A DNA stretch of 64,000 bases from Candidatus Dojkabacteria bacterium. Lineage in GTDB: Bacteria > Patescibacteriota > Dojkabacteria > J137. Under the pieces are notes generated by a model that was not told the DNA's origin, searched no databases, and saw only the letters and a program-made list of their open reading frames with translations. Within the stretch, counting starts at the first letter, position 1. Every line of letters begins with the position of its first letter. The stretch is taken from positions 1,102 to 65,101 of the forward strand of contig JBDTVZ010000003.1 of assembly GCA_040006935.1 (NCBI GenBank), in the 5' to 3' direction. Of the stretch, positions 48,453 through 58,792 are shown one piece after another. Made by a program: the position numbers and the translations under genes.

Positions 48453-49733
48453 TTAAATTTTCACCTCTAACAATTCTCCCCACTCAGTCGTGAAACGATT
48501 ACTAATTCTATTCTTTCGACCTCGCCAACTTTGTTTTATACCGGTTGCTGCCACCTTAATTACTTCTCTTCCCCACTCATTATTTACTTCATCTACTGCT
48601 TCCATTAAACCCTCTCTCTCCTCTTCGTTCTGTTTATTATCTAAAGTCATTTGAGCATAACCTATTTTAGGAATAATTCCTGTTAGCAATACCCCTGCTT
48701 TTCTATACTTAAGATTAGGTTGATATAGCTGTCGTAGTGTTTTTTTCGCAGCCTTAATAAGTGTCGGTGTGTAGTCGGATGGTGCATCCAAAGTAGCTCC
48801 TAAAAAATCAAACTTATATCTCTTTTCTTCCTTATCAATATCTCCTGCTGATTTAATACTAACACCAACATAGCTGGCCATCGAACCTTGCCCTCTAAGC
48901 TTTTCCCCTGCAATAGACATAAAAGTTGCCACAGCCTCTTCAAGCTCTTCTAAGGACACAACATTCTTACCAAAAGATCTGGAACTAATCACACTTTTTC
49001 TAGCTACATGGTGATCCATTTCCACACAATTCACTCCATTAATTTCTAGGTACGTTCTCTCTCCACCTACTCCCAACTTTGCCTTAACAAGTAGTCTATC
49101 CATCTTTTTAAAATCGTAGACACTGTAAACACCTGAGTAGTTTAATTTTAAAGAATATTTACGTCCTATTCCCCAAGTATCTTCCACTTCAATGTTAGAA
49201 AGCAATTCCTTGTTTTCTTGCTCTGAATGAATCCAGAAAACTCCTTGTGTGGCTATATAATTCTTCTTCGCAACCTTATTCCCTAATTTTGCCAAAGTCT
49301 TAGTTTCGGAAATACCAATAGAAGTTGGGATTCCCACCTCTTTCTGTATTCTTTTAACTATTGCCTTACAATATTCCTCAACGTTGTCTGTTTTAACAAA
49401 TTCTAAGTTTAAAAACGCCTCGTCTATTGAGTAGACTTCAATATCGGGAGAATATTCTTTTAAAATCATCATCACTCTTTTAGAGATATCTCCATAAAGC
49501 GTAAAATTAGAAGAAAAAACATACATATCGTACCTATCTATCAAATGTTGCCACATGTGAATCGGCGCTCCCATTGGAATCCCTAAAGCTTTAGCTTCGT
49601 TGGAACGCGCAATAATACAACCATCATTATTTGAAAGTATAACTACTGGTTTTCCATTTAATTTAGGATTAAAAATCCTTTCGCAGGAAGCATAAAAGTT
49701 GTTGCAGTCCAAAAGGGCGTAAAGTTTACTCAT
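48453..49733 (-). CDS. Y-family DNA polymerase (UmuC/DinB-like)
   Basis: ALLDCNNFYASCERIFNP...GKPVVILSNNDGCIIARSNEAKALGI, plus palm, fingers and little-finger regions. 426 aa. Confidence 0.85.
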   Translation of the reverse strand: MSKLYALLDCNNFYASCERIFNPKLNGKPVVILSNNDGCIIARSNEAKALGIPMGAPIHMWQHLIDRYDMYVFSSNFTLYGDISKRVMMILKEYSPDIEVYSIDEAFLNLEFVKTDNVEEYCKAIVKRIQKEVGIPTSIGISETKTLAKLGNKVAKKNYIATQGVFWIHSEQENKELLSNIEVEDTWGIGRKYSLKLNYSGVYSVYDFKKMDRLLVKAKLGVGGERTYLEINGVNCVEMDHHVARKSVISSRSFGKNVVSLEELEEAVATFMSIAGEKLRGQGSMASYVGVSIKSAGDIDKEEKRYKFDFLGATLDAPSDYTPTLIKAAKKTLRQLYQPNLKYRKAGVLLTGIIPKIGYAQMTLDNKQNEEEREGLMEAVDEVNNEWGREVIKVAATGIKQSWRGRKNRISNRFTTEWGELLEVKI

Positions 49734-49771
49734 ACTAAGATTTTAGCAGAAGGACTTTGAATTGTGACAGA

Positions 49772-50185
49772 CTATCTAAACTTTGATTCTGGATAAAAAT
49801 CTTTTTCGTGTTCCTTTGGAATCTTTAGATGCGTATGCTTAATCGCACAACTGTAAACCTCAGTTTGAATTCCTACTCCCTTTGCCCAGGCAAATATTCC
49901 GTTTACGTATTCACAATAGAAGCAATCAATCTTTTGTAACCAATTTAGTCTTTTTAAATCCCACCTTTCAAAAGAAATGTAGTCAGATTTTTTAACCATT
50001 GGAATGTCGTTTATCTTAAAGTATATAAACTGATAAATTGTTAACCAAACATCCAGTAGAACTACAGGAATCACGACAGAGTAAATCGCAATGCTAGAAA
50101 AAGGAACTAAGAATGGATTCGCTTTTATTCTTTTACCTTCTTGAATAATTAATGCTGGTGTTTCTTTTTCGTAATATTCGGGCAT
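49772..50185 (-). CDS. hypothetical membrane protein
   Basis: 137 aa. One TM plus a CxxC-containing soluble part (CFYCEY). Confidence 0.35.
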   Translation of the reverse strand: MPEYYEKETPALIIQEGKRIKANPFLVPFSSIAIYSVVIPVVLLDVWLTIYQFIYFKINDIPMVKKSDYISFERWDLKRLNWLQKIDCFYCEYVNGIFAWAKGVGIQTEVYSCAIKHTHLKIPKEHEKDFYPESKFR

Positions 50186-50206
50186 AAAAATAGATTTAAA
50201 ATATTA

Positions 50207-50638
50207 TTAATTATTTTCTAAATATTTTTCAATTAACTCAATATGTTCAAAATCTTTAGGTCTGCCCATAGCTTTTTTCCACTTGATTAAATTTTCTAAA
50301 TTTACATACCTGATACTATCAAAAATATCTGCAGAATCTATCAATTCATCAATGTCCCAATACCCCGGAACCCAACTATTGAATATCTCTATCGAGCCTT
50401 CATTCAGTTCAATTACTTTTCCATCTCCTTGACTTGGCTTCTCAGGCGTGCCTAATTCTAATGCTTTTTCCCATGCTGTTCCTCTGGCTACTATATCCAG
50501 ATCGTGACCTAAATCTTTAATTCCTCTAGGATACATTGGGCCACTGCCAAATACTGCGAAATCTTCAGAAGGTAAATTTAATTCTTTTAGAGACTCTAGA
50601 AGCTTCTCTCCTGTTATTCTTTTCGAATCCTTATTCAT
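50207..50638 (-). CDS. nucleotidyltransferase-fold protein
   Basis: FGSGPMYPRGIKDLGHDLDIV fits the Pol-beta-superfamily motif GS-x(9-13)-DhD. Confidence 0.4.
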   Translation of the reverse strand: MNKDSKRITGEKLLESLKELNLPSEDFAVFGSGPMYPRGIKDLGHDLDIVARGTAWEKALELGTPEKPSQGDGKVIELNEGSIEIFNSWVPGYWDIDELIDSADIFDSIRYVNLENLIKWKKAMGRPKDFEHIELIEKYLENN

Positions 50639-50639
50639 A

Positions 50640-51584
50640 TTATTCTGCTAAAAATAAATAATCTGATGCAGACCTCCTCTGCTTACCTTCTAGTTGAACT
50701 TCTAATAATTCTAAAGATCCATTCCTTAAATTTAAGAACAGGGATTTCCCTTCTCTTTCTATCTTAATCTTATCTAATGAATCGTTAACCATTGACCGTA
50801 AACCGCAAACCTTTGCGTGAAAGATCTTCAAAACTTTACCATCTTTTAACTTCACCCATGCAACCGGCCAAGGGTAAAATGCTCTCACCATTCTTTCGGC
50901 TAATTTCGCATCAGTTTCAAATGTAATCTCTGCTTTATCTTTGGAAATATCATCTTTATAGCAATAAGTTGCTTTTGAATGATCCTGCTCTACTGCTTGG
51001 ATTTTACCTTCAGTCCATGATCTTAAATCTTCTTCTAAATGATCAACTGCTAGCTGTGATAATCTAGACATCAATGTTTCTGTAGTCTCATCACTCGCAA
51101 CTAGTAACCCGTAACTAGTAACTACATCTCCTTCATCCATCTTCTCTGCCATCTTTTGAATAGTTACGCCAGTTTCTGTGAATCCTTGAAGGATTGCCAT
51201 TGGAACTGGAACCGCTCCTCTTAGCAATGGAAGTAGAGATCCATGAATGTTCAAACAAGAGTATTTAGGACTATCGATAATATTATTCGGAATGATTTGA
51301 CCATACGCTGCGACGATAATTAATTCTGGCTGAAATTTTTCTAACAATTCTTCAGATATTTGCCTAATTTTAATTGGCTTTAATATTTCGAATTCTGAAT
51401 TTTGAGTTTTTACAAACTCTCCTACTGGTGTTGGAGTCAGTTCTTGTTTTCTTCCGACAGGTTTATCTGGTTGAGTAACAACAGCAGCTAGATCTATAAA
51501 ATCTATTTCACGAAGTTTTTGTAATACTGGAACAGCAAACTCACCAGATCCAATAAAGATTGTTTTTATTTTATTCATATTCAC
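50640..51584 (-). CDS. fmt: methionyl-tRNA formyltransferase
   Basis: N-terminal formyltransferase domain (IFIGSGEFAVPVLQKL, NIHGSLLP) and C-terminal Fmt domain. 314 aa. Confidence 0.85.
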   Translation of the reverse strand: MNMNKIKTIFIGSGEFAVPVLQKLREIDFIDLAAVVTQPDKPVGRKQELTPTPVGEFVKTQNSEFEILKPIKIRQISEELLEKFQPELIIVAAYGQIIPNNIIDSPKYSCLNIHGSLLPLLRGAVPVPMAILQGFTETGVTIQKMAEKMDEGDVVTSYGLLVASDETTETLMSRLSQLAVDHLEEDLRSWTEGKIQAVEQDHSKATYCYKDDISKDKAEITFETDAKLAERMVRAFYPWPVAWVKLKDGKVLKIFHAKVCGLRSMVNDSLDKIKIEREGKSLFLNLRNGSLELLEVQLEGKQRRSASDYLFLAE

Positions 51585-51630
51585 AATTATAGCTTTGTTT
51601 GCTTTTCAAGCCAAGGATATTGATATGTGA

Positions 51631-51712
51631 ACTCTCCTCCTCTTTTAAGAGGAGGTCGGGAGGAGTTAATACCGCCCCGAAATCACTCTTTTCTTTGGGC
51701 GGTCCTTTTTGG
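51631..51712 (+). repeat. structured intergenic repeat, copy D (H1 + core with compensatory stem; no tail)
   Basis: CTCCTCCTC-TTTTAA-GAGGAGG(TCGGGAGGAG) then TTAAT-ACCGCCC-CGAAATCACTCTTTTCTTT-GGGCGGT-CCTTTTT. A further hairpin CCCCTCTTACAAAGAGGGG follows at 51731-51749. Confidence 0.55.
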
Positions 51713-51835
51713 TGTCCATAACTCCCCTAACCCCTCTTACAAAGAGGGGAATAGTTATACCGTCGATTTCTATTGTGGATCTGCATAAATAAATGTAAAA
51801 TACAGATTGAATTTATCTGATTAAAAATTCAAAAT

Positions 51836-54811
51836 ATGTACAACAAGCCAAACCCCAAGCAAAAGTTTTTCGAATTGGAACAAGAACTCTTAAAATTCTG
51901 GAAGGATAAGGACATTCTAAACAGGTCTATCCAACAAAGAAGTGAAGAGAATCTAAAAACGTTTTACGATGGTCCTATTACTGCAAACGGAAATCCTCAT
52001 AGTGGACACGCGTTAACTTTCTCATTAAAAGACATTATTCCTAGATACTGGTCCATGAAAGGATTTAGAGTTTCTAGAAGTTTAGGTTGGGATTGCCAAG
52101 GATTGCCTGTTGAATACGAAGTTGAAAAGAATCTAGGATTTAAAGAAAAGAAAGATATTGAAAAATATGGAATTGCAAAGTTCAATGACCTTTGTAGAGA
52201 ACTTGTAACAGTAAATCGAAATAAGATTGTTGATTTAGAAGAATTGATGGGTAGACTTACAAACTCAGAAGAAGAGTACGCAACAATGGATAAAAATTAT
52301 ATTGAATCTGTTTGGTGGTCTTTAAAAGAACTTTATACAAAAGGTTTACTTTATGAAGGATTTAAGGTTGTACCTTACTCAACAAGAGCTGGTACTACTC
52401 TATCTAATGCAGAAGTTGCACTAGGTGGTTACAAATCTATGAAGGATCCTGCTATAACTGTTGAATTTCCGTTAGTTGAAGATGACAAAATAGTTCTACT
52501 TGCTTGGACTACTACTCCATGGACAATACCTGGAAATTTAGGATTAGCTGTAGGAAGCAAAATTGAATATGTAAAAGTAACCTTAGAAGATTCTGATAAG
52601 AATTATGTTCTTGCTAAAGATTTAGTTGAGAAAGTATTTAAGGATAAAGCTTATAAAATAGTTGGAAGTGTTGATATTAAGGATTTACTTGGGAAAGAAT
52701 ATACTCCTCCATTCGATTATTATGTTGGAAGAGACAATGTTCATAAAATTTACGAAGGTGGACATGTAACTACAGATTCCGGAACTGGAATTGTTCATTT
52801 AGCACCTTATGGAGCTGAAGATAATGAAATATTTCAGAAAGTTGGAATTCAAAGTTTTGATTATTTAAATGATCAAGGAGACTTTACGACAGAAATCCCT
52901 GACTACTCAGGAAAGTTCTACAAACAAGCAAATCCGTTGATCGTTGAAAATCTTACATCAAAAGGAGTACTTTTTGACTACGAAGAATACGAACACGAGA
53001 TGCCAATGTGTTGGAGAACTAATACTCCTTTAATATACAAGCCTATCAAGTCTTGGTATGTTGCAATGAGTACTTTGAGAAAAGAATTAGTTGATAATAA
53101 CAACAAGATTAATTGGAATCCTAAACATGTTAAAGATGGACGATTTGGGAATTGGCTTTCTGAAATTAAAGATTGGGGAATTTCTAGATCAAGATATTGG
53201 GGAACTCCTCTACCTATTTGGAAATCTGAAAGTGGGAAAGTAATGATATTAGGTTCTTATGAAGAACTTGAAAAATTATCTGGAGTAAAAGTTGATGATC
53301 CTCACAGACCTTACATTGATGATATTGAATTTGATTTCGATGGAGAACATTACAAAAGAATTTTAGATGTTCTGGATGTTTGGTACGATTCCGGATCTAT
53401 GCCCTTTGCTAGATTTCACTATCCATTCGAAAATAAAGAGAAGTTTAAAAAGAAATTTCCTGCTCAATATATTGCAGAAGGTGTAGATCAAACTAGAGGT
53501 TGGTTTTACTCTCTTCATGCGATTTCTACCGCTCTATTTGAAAGAGAAGCTTATCAGAATGTGATCGTTAACGGAACTATTCTTGATGATCATGGTGCAA
53601 AATTAAGTAAGAGTAAGAAAAATTATATTGATCCAGATTTATTAGTAAAGGAGTTTGGTGCAGACACTTTAAGAATTAATTTCTTTAGTTCACCAATTGC
53701 ATCTGGTGAAGACGCTTCTATTACTCAAAAGACTTTAAAGTTAATAACTCAAGAGTATATACTTCCAATCTGGAATATATTCTCATACTTAACAACATAC
53801 GCAAATATTCACGAATGGCATCCTAATGAGCAGTTAGCTTACAATGGACGAAATGTAACCTCGGATACACATCCATGGGATCATATTCCATTTGATAACA
53901 TGACTAATAGCGTTGATGCTTGGATAATTTTGAGATTACAAAATACAATTTTAGAAGTAACAACGGCTTTAGATAATTACGAAATACAAAAAGCAATGCG
54001 TCCTTTGAGAGCATTCTTTGAAGATATTTCTAAATGGTACATTAGATCAAATAGAGATAGATTTGCAGAAGGTGATCCATCTACAATCAATACTCTATTC
54101 TATGTATTTGTAGAAGCATTAAAATTACTTTCACCATTTGCTCCATTTATTACTGAAGGTATTTATAGAGAATTAGTTGTTAGTGAAATAGAATCTCTGC
54201 CAGAATCTATTCATTTAACTGACTACCCTGTTTACGATAAAGCATTTACAGAAAACTATAGTGCTTTAGAATATGAGATGGAATTTGTTAGAAGGGTTTG
54301 CGAAATGGGACATGAGCTTAGAGTTTCAAATGGTTTAAAAGTAAGACAACCTTTAGAGAAATTAGTAATACAAACAGATAACGAGAAAGTTGCGATAGTC
54401 ACAGATTGGATGAGAGATTTAATTATGAAAGAATTAAATGTTCTATCAGTAGAAGATACAATCCATTTTGCTGCAAGCACTACTCTTAAAACTTCTGAAG
54501 ATGCTAATTTGAAAATTAAGATTGGTTTAGAAACTCAAATCACACCAGAATTAAAAGAAAAAGGAACAGTACGGGAAATAATAAGAACAATTCAAGCCAC
54601 AAGAAAATCTGAGAATTTTCAAATGGGTGATAAAGTAAAGATTCTATATTATACTGAGAACATAGATTTAAAAAATATAATAGAAAAAAACAAAGATTTA
54701 ATATTTGAAGCTACAAACACTGTTTCCATTGAATTCAATGAGAGTTTAGAATCCCCTACAGAAACTAAAATTGAAGACAGTGTTCTAAAGCTCACACTCG
54801 AAAATGTTTAA
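51836..54811 (+). CDS. ileS: isoleucyl-tRNA synthetase
   Basis: 991 aa. HIGH-type motif PHSGHAL. KMSKS-type KLSKSKKN. Conserved editing (CP1) domain. Confidence 0.95.
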   Translation: MYNKPNPKQKFFELEQELLKFWKDKDILNRSIQQRSEENLKTFYDGPITANGNPHSGHALTFSLKDIIPRYWSMKGFRVSRSLGWDCQGLPVEYEVEKNLGFKEKKDIEKYGIAKFNDLCRELVTVNRNKIVDLEELMGRLTNSEEEYATMDKNYIESVWWSLKELYTKGLLYEGFKVVPYSTRAGTTLSNAEVALGGYKSMKDPAITVEFPLVEDDKIVLLAWTTTPWTIPGNLGLAVGSKIEYVKVTLEDSDKNYVLAKDLVEKVFKDKAYKIVGSVDIKDLLGKEYTPPFDYYVGRDNVHKIYEGGHVTTDSGTGIVHLAPYGAEDNEIFQKVGIQSFDYLNDQGDFTTEIPDYSGKFYKQANPLIVENLTSKGVLFDYEEYEHEMPMCWRTNTPLIYKPIKSWYVAMSTLRKELVDNNNKINWNPKHVKDGRFGNWLSEIKDWGISRSRYWGTPLPIWKSESGKVMILGSYEELEKLSGVKVDDPHRPYIDDIEFDFDGEHYKRILDVLDVWYDSGSMPFARFHYPFENKEKFKKKFPAQYIAEGVDQTRGWFYSLHAISTALFEREAYQNVIVNGTILDDHGAKLSKSKKNYIDPDLLVKEFGADTLRINFFSSPIASGEDASITQKTLKLITQEYILPIWNIFSYLTTYANIHEWHPNEQLAYNGRNVTSDTHPWDHIPFDNMTNSVDAWIILRLQNTILEVTTALDNYEIQKAMRPLRAFFEDISKWYIRSNRDRFAEGDPSTINTLFYVFVEALKLLSPFAPFITEGIYRELVVSEIESLPESIHLTDYPVYDKAFTENYSALEYEMEFVRRVCEMGHELRVSNGLKVRQPLEKLVIQTDNEKVAIVTDWMRDLIMKELNVLSVEDTIHFAASTTLKTSEDANLKIKIGLETQITPELKEKGTVREIIRTIQATRKSENFQMGDKVKILYYTENIDLKNIIEKNKDLIFEATNTVSIEFNESLESPTETKIEDSVLKLTLENV

Positions 54812-55436
54812 TGACTTAAGAAAAAATTTAAAGGAAAGAAACTTTGGAGCTTATATTCCACTCTTCATCGCGGACTTTTTACAGAGCGTTGTTATTGCGA
54901 TTGCAATTTGTATTGCTGTATATGTTTTTATTGCTACTCCAAATCAAATAGACGGGGAATCGATGGAGCCTAATTTTACGAATAGTGAAATTATTATAAC
55001 TAACAAATTAACTGAATGGCTTGGTTCTTCGGACTTTGGTAAAAATGCTGGGTTAGACTATCAAAGAGGAGATGTGGTTGTTTTCCAAAAACCAGGTAAC
55101 GAGGACTTTATTAAAAGAATTATTGGAATCCCAGGAGATAAAGTAGCAATAAAAGACGGTTATGTTTATCTAAATGGGAAGAAAGTTATAGAAAGTTATT
55201 TACAACCCTCTACTTTTACTCGAGGTGGAAATTTTATAGAAGAAGGTGCAGTGGAAAGAGAAATACCCGTTGGTAAATATTTTGTATTAGGAGATAATCG
55301 AAATAATAGTCACGATTCAAGATTTTTAGATATTGGATTTATAAACCGAGATTGGCTTAAAGGGAAAGTAATATTACGTTACTGGCCAATCAATAAATTT
55401 GGTATAGTCAGTCAAGGAGAACTACAATTCAATTAA
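54804..55436 (+). CDS. lepB: signal peptidase I
   Basis: N-terminal TM. S26 box B GESMEP (catalytic Ser). Box D/E GDNRNNSHDSRF. Confidence 0.85.
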   Translation: MFNDLRKNLKERNFGAYIPLFIADFLQSVVIAIAICIAVYVFIATPNQIDGESMEPNFTNSEIIITNKLTEWLGSSDFGKNAGLDYQRGDVVVFQKPGNEDFIKRIIGIPGDKVAIKDGYVYLNGKKVIESYLQPSTFTRGGNFIEEGAVEREIPVGKYFVLGDNRNNSHDSRFLDIGFINRDWLKGKVILRYWPINKFGIVSQGELQFN

Positions 55437-55508
55437 AATTTAAAAATTAAAAGAGAATCTCGGTTTATTTTATTCTTCTCTTAATTTTTAATTGATTTCT
55501 TTTAATTT

Positions 55509-56333
55509 ATGATATTAGCTGTAACAAATCAAAAAGGAGGAGTTGGAAAAACTACTACAGTATTGAACTTAGGAGTTTATCTTGCTGTAAAAGGACAAAA
55601 AACCCTTTTAGTTGATATTGATCCCCAGTCTAATCTAACTTCCGGGCTAGGTGTTAAAGGAGATTTACAAAATAAAGAGAATATTACTAACCAGGAGCCG
55701 AAAACTATTTACGATGTCCTTGTAAATAAAGAACCTGCAGAGAGTGCAGTTTTGAAAACTAGAATTAAAAATTTAGATATTATTCCCTGTACAATTGAAT
55801 TAGCTGGAGCAGAAGTTGAACTTGTTGGATCTTTGTCTAGAGAAAGTATATTAAAAAAAGCTATAGAAAATGTTTCTAAGAATTATGATTTTGTAATTAT
55901 CGACTGCCCTCCTTCACTAGGATTACTGACTATAAACGGACTTGTAGCTGCAAATAACGTACTTATACCTGTTCAATCAGAGTATTACGCTCTTGAAGGT
56001 TTAGGACAGCTTATAAACACTGTAAAGCTTATTAAAAACAACTTAAATTCTTCAATGGATGTTGGTGGAGTTATTTTAACAATGTACGATCCAAGAACTA
56101 ACTTAAGTAAAGATGTTGCTGGAGAAACTCAGAATTTTTTTGGAGATAAAGTATTTAAATCTGTCGTACCCAGAAATATTAAGCTATCTGAAGCACCCTC
56201 TCATGGGCTCTCAATCTACGAATACGCTCCTAACTCCTCCGGCGCACAAGCATACGAGCAACTTGCAACTGAAGTAATTAAAAGATTTACCAGGGAAGGA
56301 TTGGTAAGACCAATGCTTACAAAAGCTGGTTGA
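55509..56333 (+). CDS. parA: chromosome partitioning ATPase ParA/Soj
   Basis: Deviant Walker A AVTNQKGGVGKTTT. The full ParA fold is present. Confidence 0.9.
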   Translation: MILAVTNQKGGVGKTTTVLNLGVYLAVKGQKTLLVDIDPQSNLTSGLGVKGDLQNKENITNQEPKTIYDVLVNKEPAESAVLKTRIKNLDIIPCTIELAGAEVELVGSLSRESILKKAIENVSKNYDFVIIDCPPSLGLLTINGLVAANNVLIPVQSEYYALEGLGQLINTVKLIKNNLNSSMDVGGVILTMYDPRTNLSKDVAGETQNFFGDKVFKSVVPRNIKLSEAPSHGLSIYEYAPNSSGAQAYEQLATEVIKRFTREGLVRPMLTKAG

Positions 56334-56406
56334 TAAACTTTGCAATTTGTGGAAAGATAGAATGAATTAACAACTTCCAAATTGCAAACAAGACTGTATT
56401 ATAAGT

Positions 56407-57303
56407 TTGGGAATTGAAAATTATAATATTGAAAATTTTAATAATATGAACAGTAAGAAAAGCTCAGGTTTAGGAAGAGGTTTATCCGCATTAATAAGCC
56501 AACAAGCAGTACCCGAACTATCCCAAGGATTTATTCCCAATTTACCAATTGATTTAATAGTCCCAAATCCTTACCAACCAAGAATAGAAATAAAGCCAGA
56601 ATCGCTTATGGAATTGGCAGATTCTATTCGAGAACATGGAGTAATTGAACCACTTTTAGTAACTAAGAATGATGGTAAGTATGAATTAATTGCAGGAGAA
56701 AGAAGATGGAGATCGTCAAAATTAGCCGGATTAGAAACAGTTCCTGTTGTTGTAAAGGAATCATCTCCTCAGGAAATGCTTGAACTTGCAATTGTAGAAA
56801 ACGTACAAAGAGCAGATTTGAATCCTTTAGAAGAAGCTTTAGCATTCGAACAATTAGTAAAGGCATTTAATATGTCTCACGAGATTATTTCTAAAAGAAT
56901 TGGACTTTCAAGGCCAGCCATTGCAAATAAGATAAGACTATTAGCTCTTCCAGATGAAATTAAAAAAGCATTATTAGAAGAAAAAGTATCAGAAGGACAC
57001 GCAAGAGCTTTGTTAGGTTTGAACTCTACAGAAACAATGATTGCAGCTTACAAAATTACTATCCGAGACCACCTCTCTGTTCGTGCTGTAGAAGAATTAG
57101 TTAGAAGATTAAACAAAGGAAAAAAATTAAAACAACGAAAGGATATGAGAATTGTAGATGACAAAACTACAGAACTTGAAACTAATTTAAAACAAAAATT
57201 TGGACAAACAGTTAGTCTATCCCGATCTCAAAAAGGAGGGAAAATCGTTATCCCTTTCAATAATGATGAGGAGTTGGATAAGATAATCACAGAACTTCTA
57301 TAA
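56407..57303 (+). CDS. parB: chromosome partitioning protein ParB/Spo0J
   Basis: ParB box GERRWRS, HTH region, C-terminal dimerisation segment. Confidence 0.9.
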   Translation: MGIENYNIENFNNMNSKKSSGLGRGLSALISQQAVPELSQGFIPNLPIDLIVPNPYQPRIEIKPESLMELADSIREHGVIEPLLVTKNDGKYELIAGERRWRSSKLAGLETVPVVVKESSPQEMLELAIVENVQRADLNPLEEALAFEQLVKAFNMSHEIISKRIGLSRPAIANKIRLLALPDEIKKALLEEKVSEGHARALLGLNSTETMIAAYKITIRDHLSVRAVEELVRRLNKGKKLKQRKDMRIVDDKTTELETNLKQKFGQTVSLSRSQKGGKIVIPFNNDEELDKIITELL

Positions 57304-57380
57304 AGATACTCAACCAGTAACCCGTAACTCGCAACCATTAACGATTTGGTGCTATAATTTGTCCATCTAAACTAACACTT

Positions 57381-58577
57381 ATGGCTCGAATTCTTGTTTC
57401 TGCTGCTCATACGCTTGAAAGTCCTGGTGCAATAAATGGCGACCTAAGAGAAGCAGATTTAACTCGAAATATCTTAAAGAAAGTTATTCCTCACCTAGAA
57501 AAAACAGGTGTGGAATTTAAAGCTGTACCATTGGACCTTCCTCTACTCCAAAGGATTGATTGGATTAATGAAACAGGGTTTAGCGAAGCCAGTGGAGATA
57601 TCTTCTTAGAAATTCATATTAACGATGGCAACAAAAGAGGTATCGAAGCTTGGTTTAAAGGCTCAGGTTCTGAAGATAATAAATCGCAAAAGCTTGCTAC
57701 AAAAGTTGCTGATGAGGTTTGTAAAAAAACAAATTATCAAAACCAAGGAACTAAAAGTGAATTTGACCATGATTTAGGGAGTTTACTTATTCTAAATCAA
57801 ATAAATCCAACCGGCGTAGCGATTGAGTTCTTATATATCGATAATGAAGAAGATATTAAAATCTTAAAAGATGATGCTAAGCTCGACGAACTCGCAAAAC
57901 TCATTGCAGATAGCATGGCAGACTTTGCAAAGAATGATAAGACTAAACCAGCTGAAACTACAACAGAAACAAAGGTAAAATCTCCCCTCTTCCCAATGAA
58001 TGATAAGCCAATGACAACCCCTCCGTCTGCTTTATCAGGTGGTTTTGGAAGTGGATTTCCATCTATGGGAGCAACACCAAGCAGTCCTGCTTCCAAAACC
58101 AATACTCTGATGGATAGAGGTGAAAGAACAGAAATGATTAAAAAAATTTATAAAAAGATCTTAGGGAAAGAGCCTAATCAAAATGATCTAAACTTCAATC
58201 TTAATACAGCAGTTTCGGAAGAAGATTTAACTAAAAAACTTTTGGAGTCTAAAGAATTTGAAGAAATGGTAAAAGATGCAGCAGAAGCTAAGGAATTGAG
58301 AACTAAAGCAACTAAAGCCGAATCTGAGCTCGCCACCATTTCCGGAAGTATTGCAGATATGAAAGATATGGCTGCGGGGTTAAATAGGCTATTAGAACAG
58401 AAAAATAAGTATATAGGACAACTCCACGGCGAATTAGAAAGAAATAATTTAATAAAAAAAGGAGAAAGGTTTAACTCTGGAACTCGAAAAATCTCCAACG
58501 AGGCAAAAAAACTTGAAGGACAAGCATCTCTTAAGTCCACACTCATAAAAATTTTAATGAAAGTTTTTGATGTCTAA
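57381..58577 (+). CDS. N-acetylmuramoyl-L-alanine amidase (Amidase_3 domain) with C-terminal coiled coil
   Basis: ILVSAAHTLESPGA...E (the GHGG-type region), DIFLEIHIND (the SIHAN-type region), and LLILNQINPTGVAIEFLYIDNEEDIKIL match the Amidase_3 layout. Confidence 0.55.
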   Translation: MARILVSAAHTLESPGAINGDLREADLTRNILKKVIPHLEKTGVEFKAVPLDLPLLQRIDWINETGFSEASGDIFLEIHINDGNKRGIEAWFKGSGSEDNKSQKLATKVADEVCKKTNYQNQGTKSEFDHDLGSLLILNQINPTGVAIEFLYIDNEEDIKILKDDAKLDELAKLIADSMADFAKNDKTKPAETTTETKVKSPLFPMNDKPMTTPPSALSGGFGSGFPSMGATPSSPASKTNTLMDRGERTEMIKKIYKKILGKEPNQNDLNFNLNTAVSEEDLTKKLLESKEFEEMVKDAAEAKELRTKATKAESELATISGSIADMKDMAAGLNRLLEQKNKYIGQLHGELERNNLIKKGERFNSGTRKISNEAKKLEGQASLKSTLIKILMKVFDV

Positions 58578-58792
58578 TATGTTATAATTTTGTAATCTTT
58601 TTAGGAGATTGATTATCTTTAAATAGCAAGAAAATTGAAAGAATTTAACTACAAAAATTTAAAAGCAAAAGTTACTAATTTAATTGAATTAGATAGCTCT
58701 GCATTACCTATTTTAGGTTAATTTTGTATATAAATTCAGAATTCTTCGAGATAACTTCCCCTAAGTAGACATATAAATTTTAAAGTTTTGTT

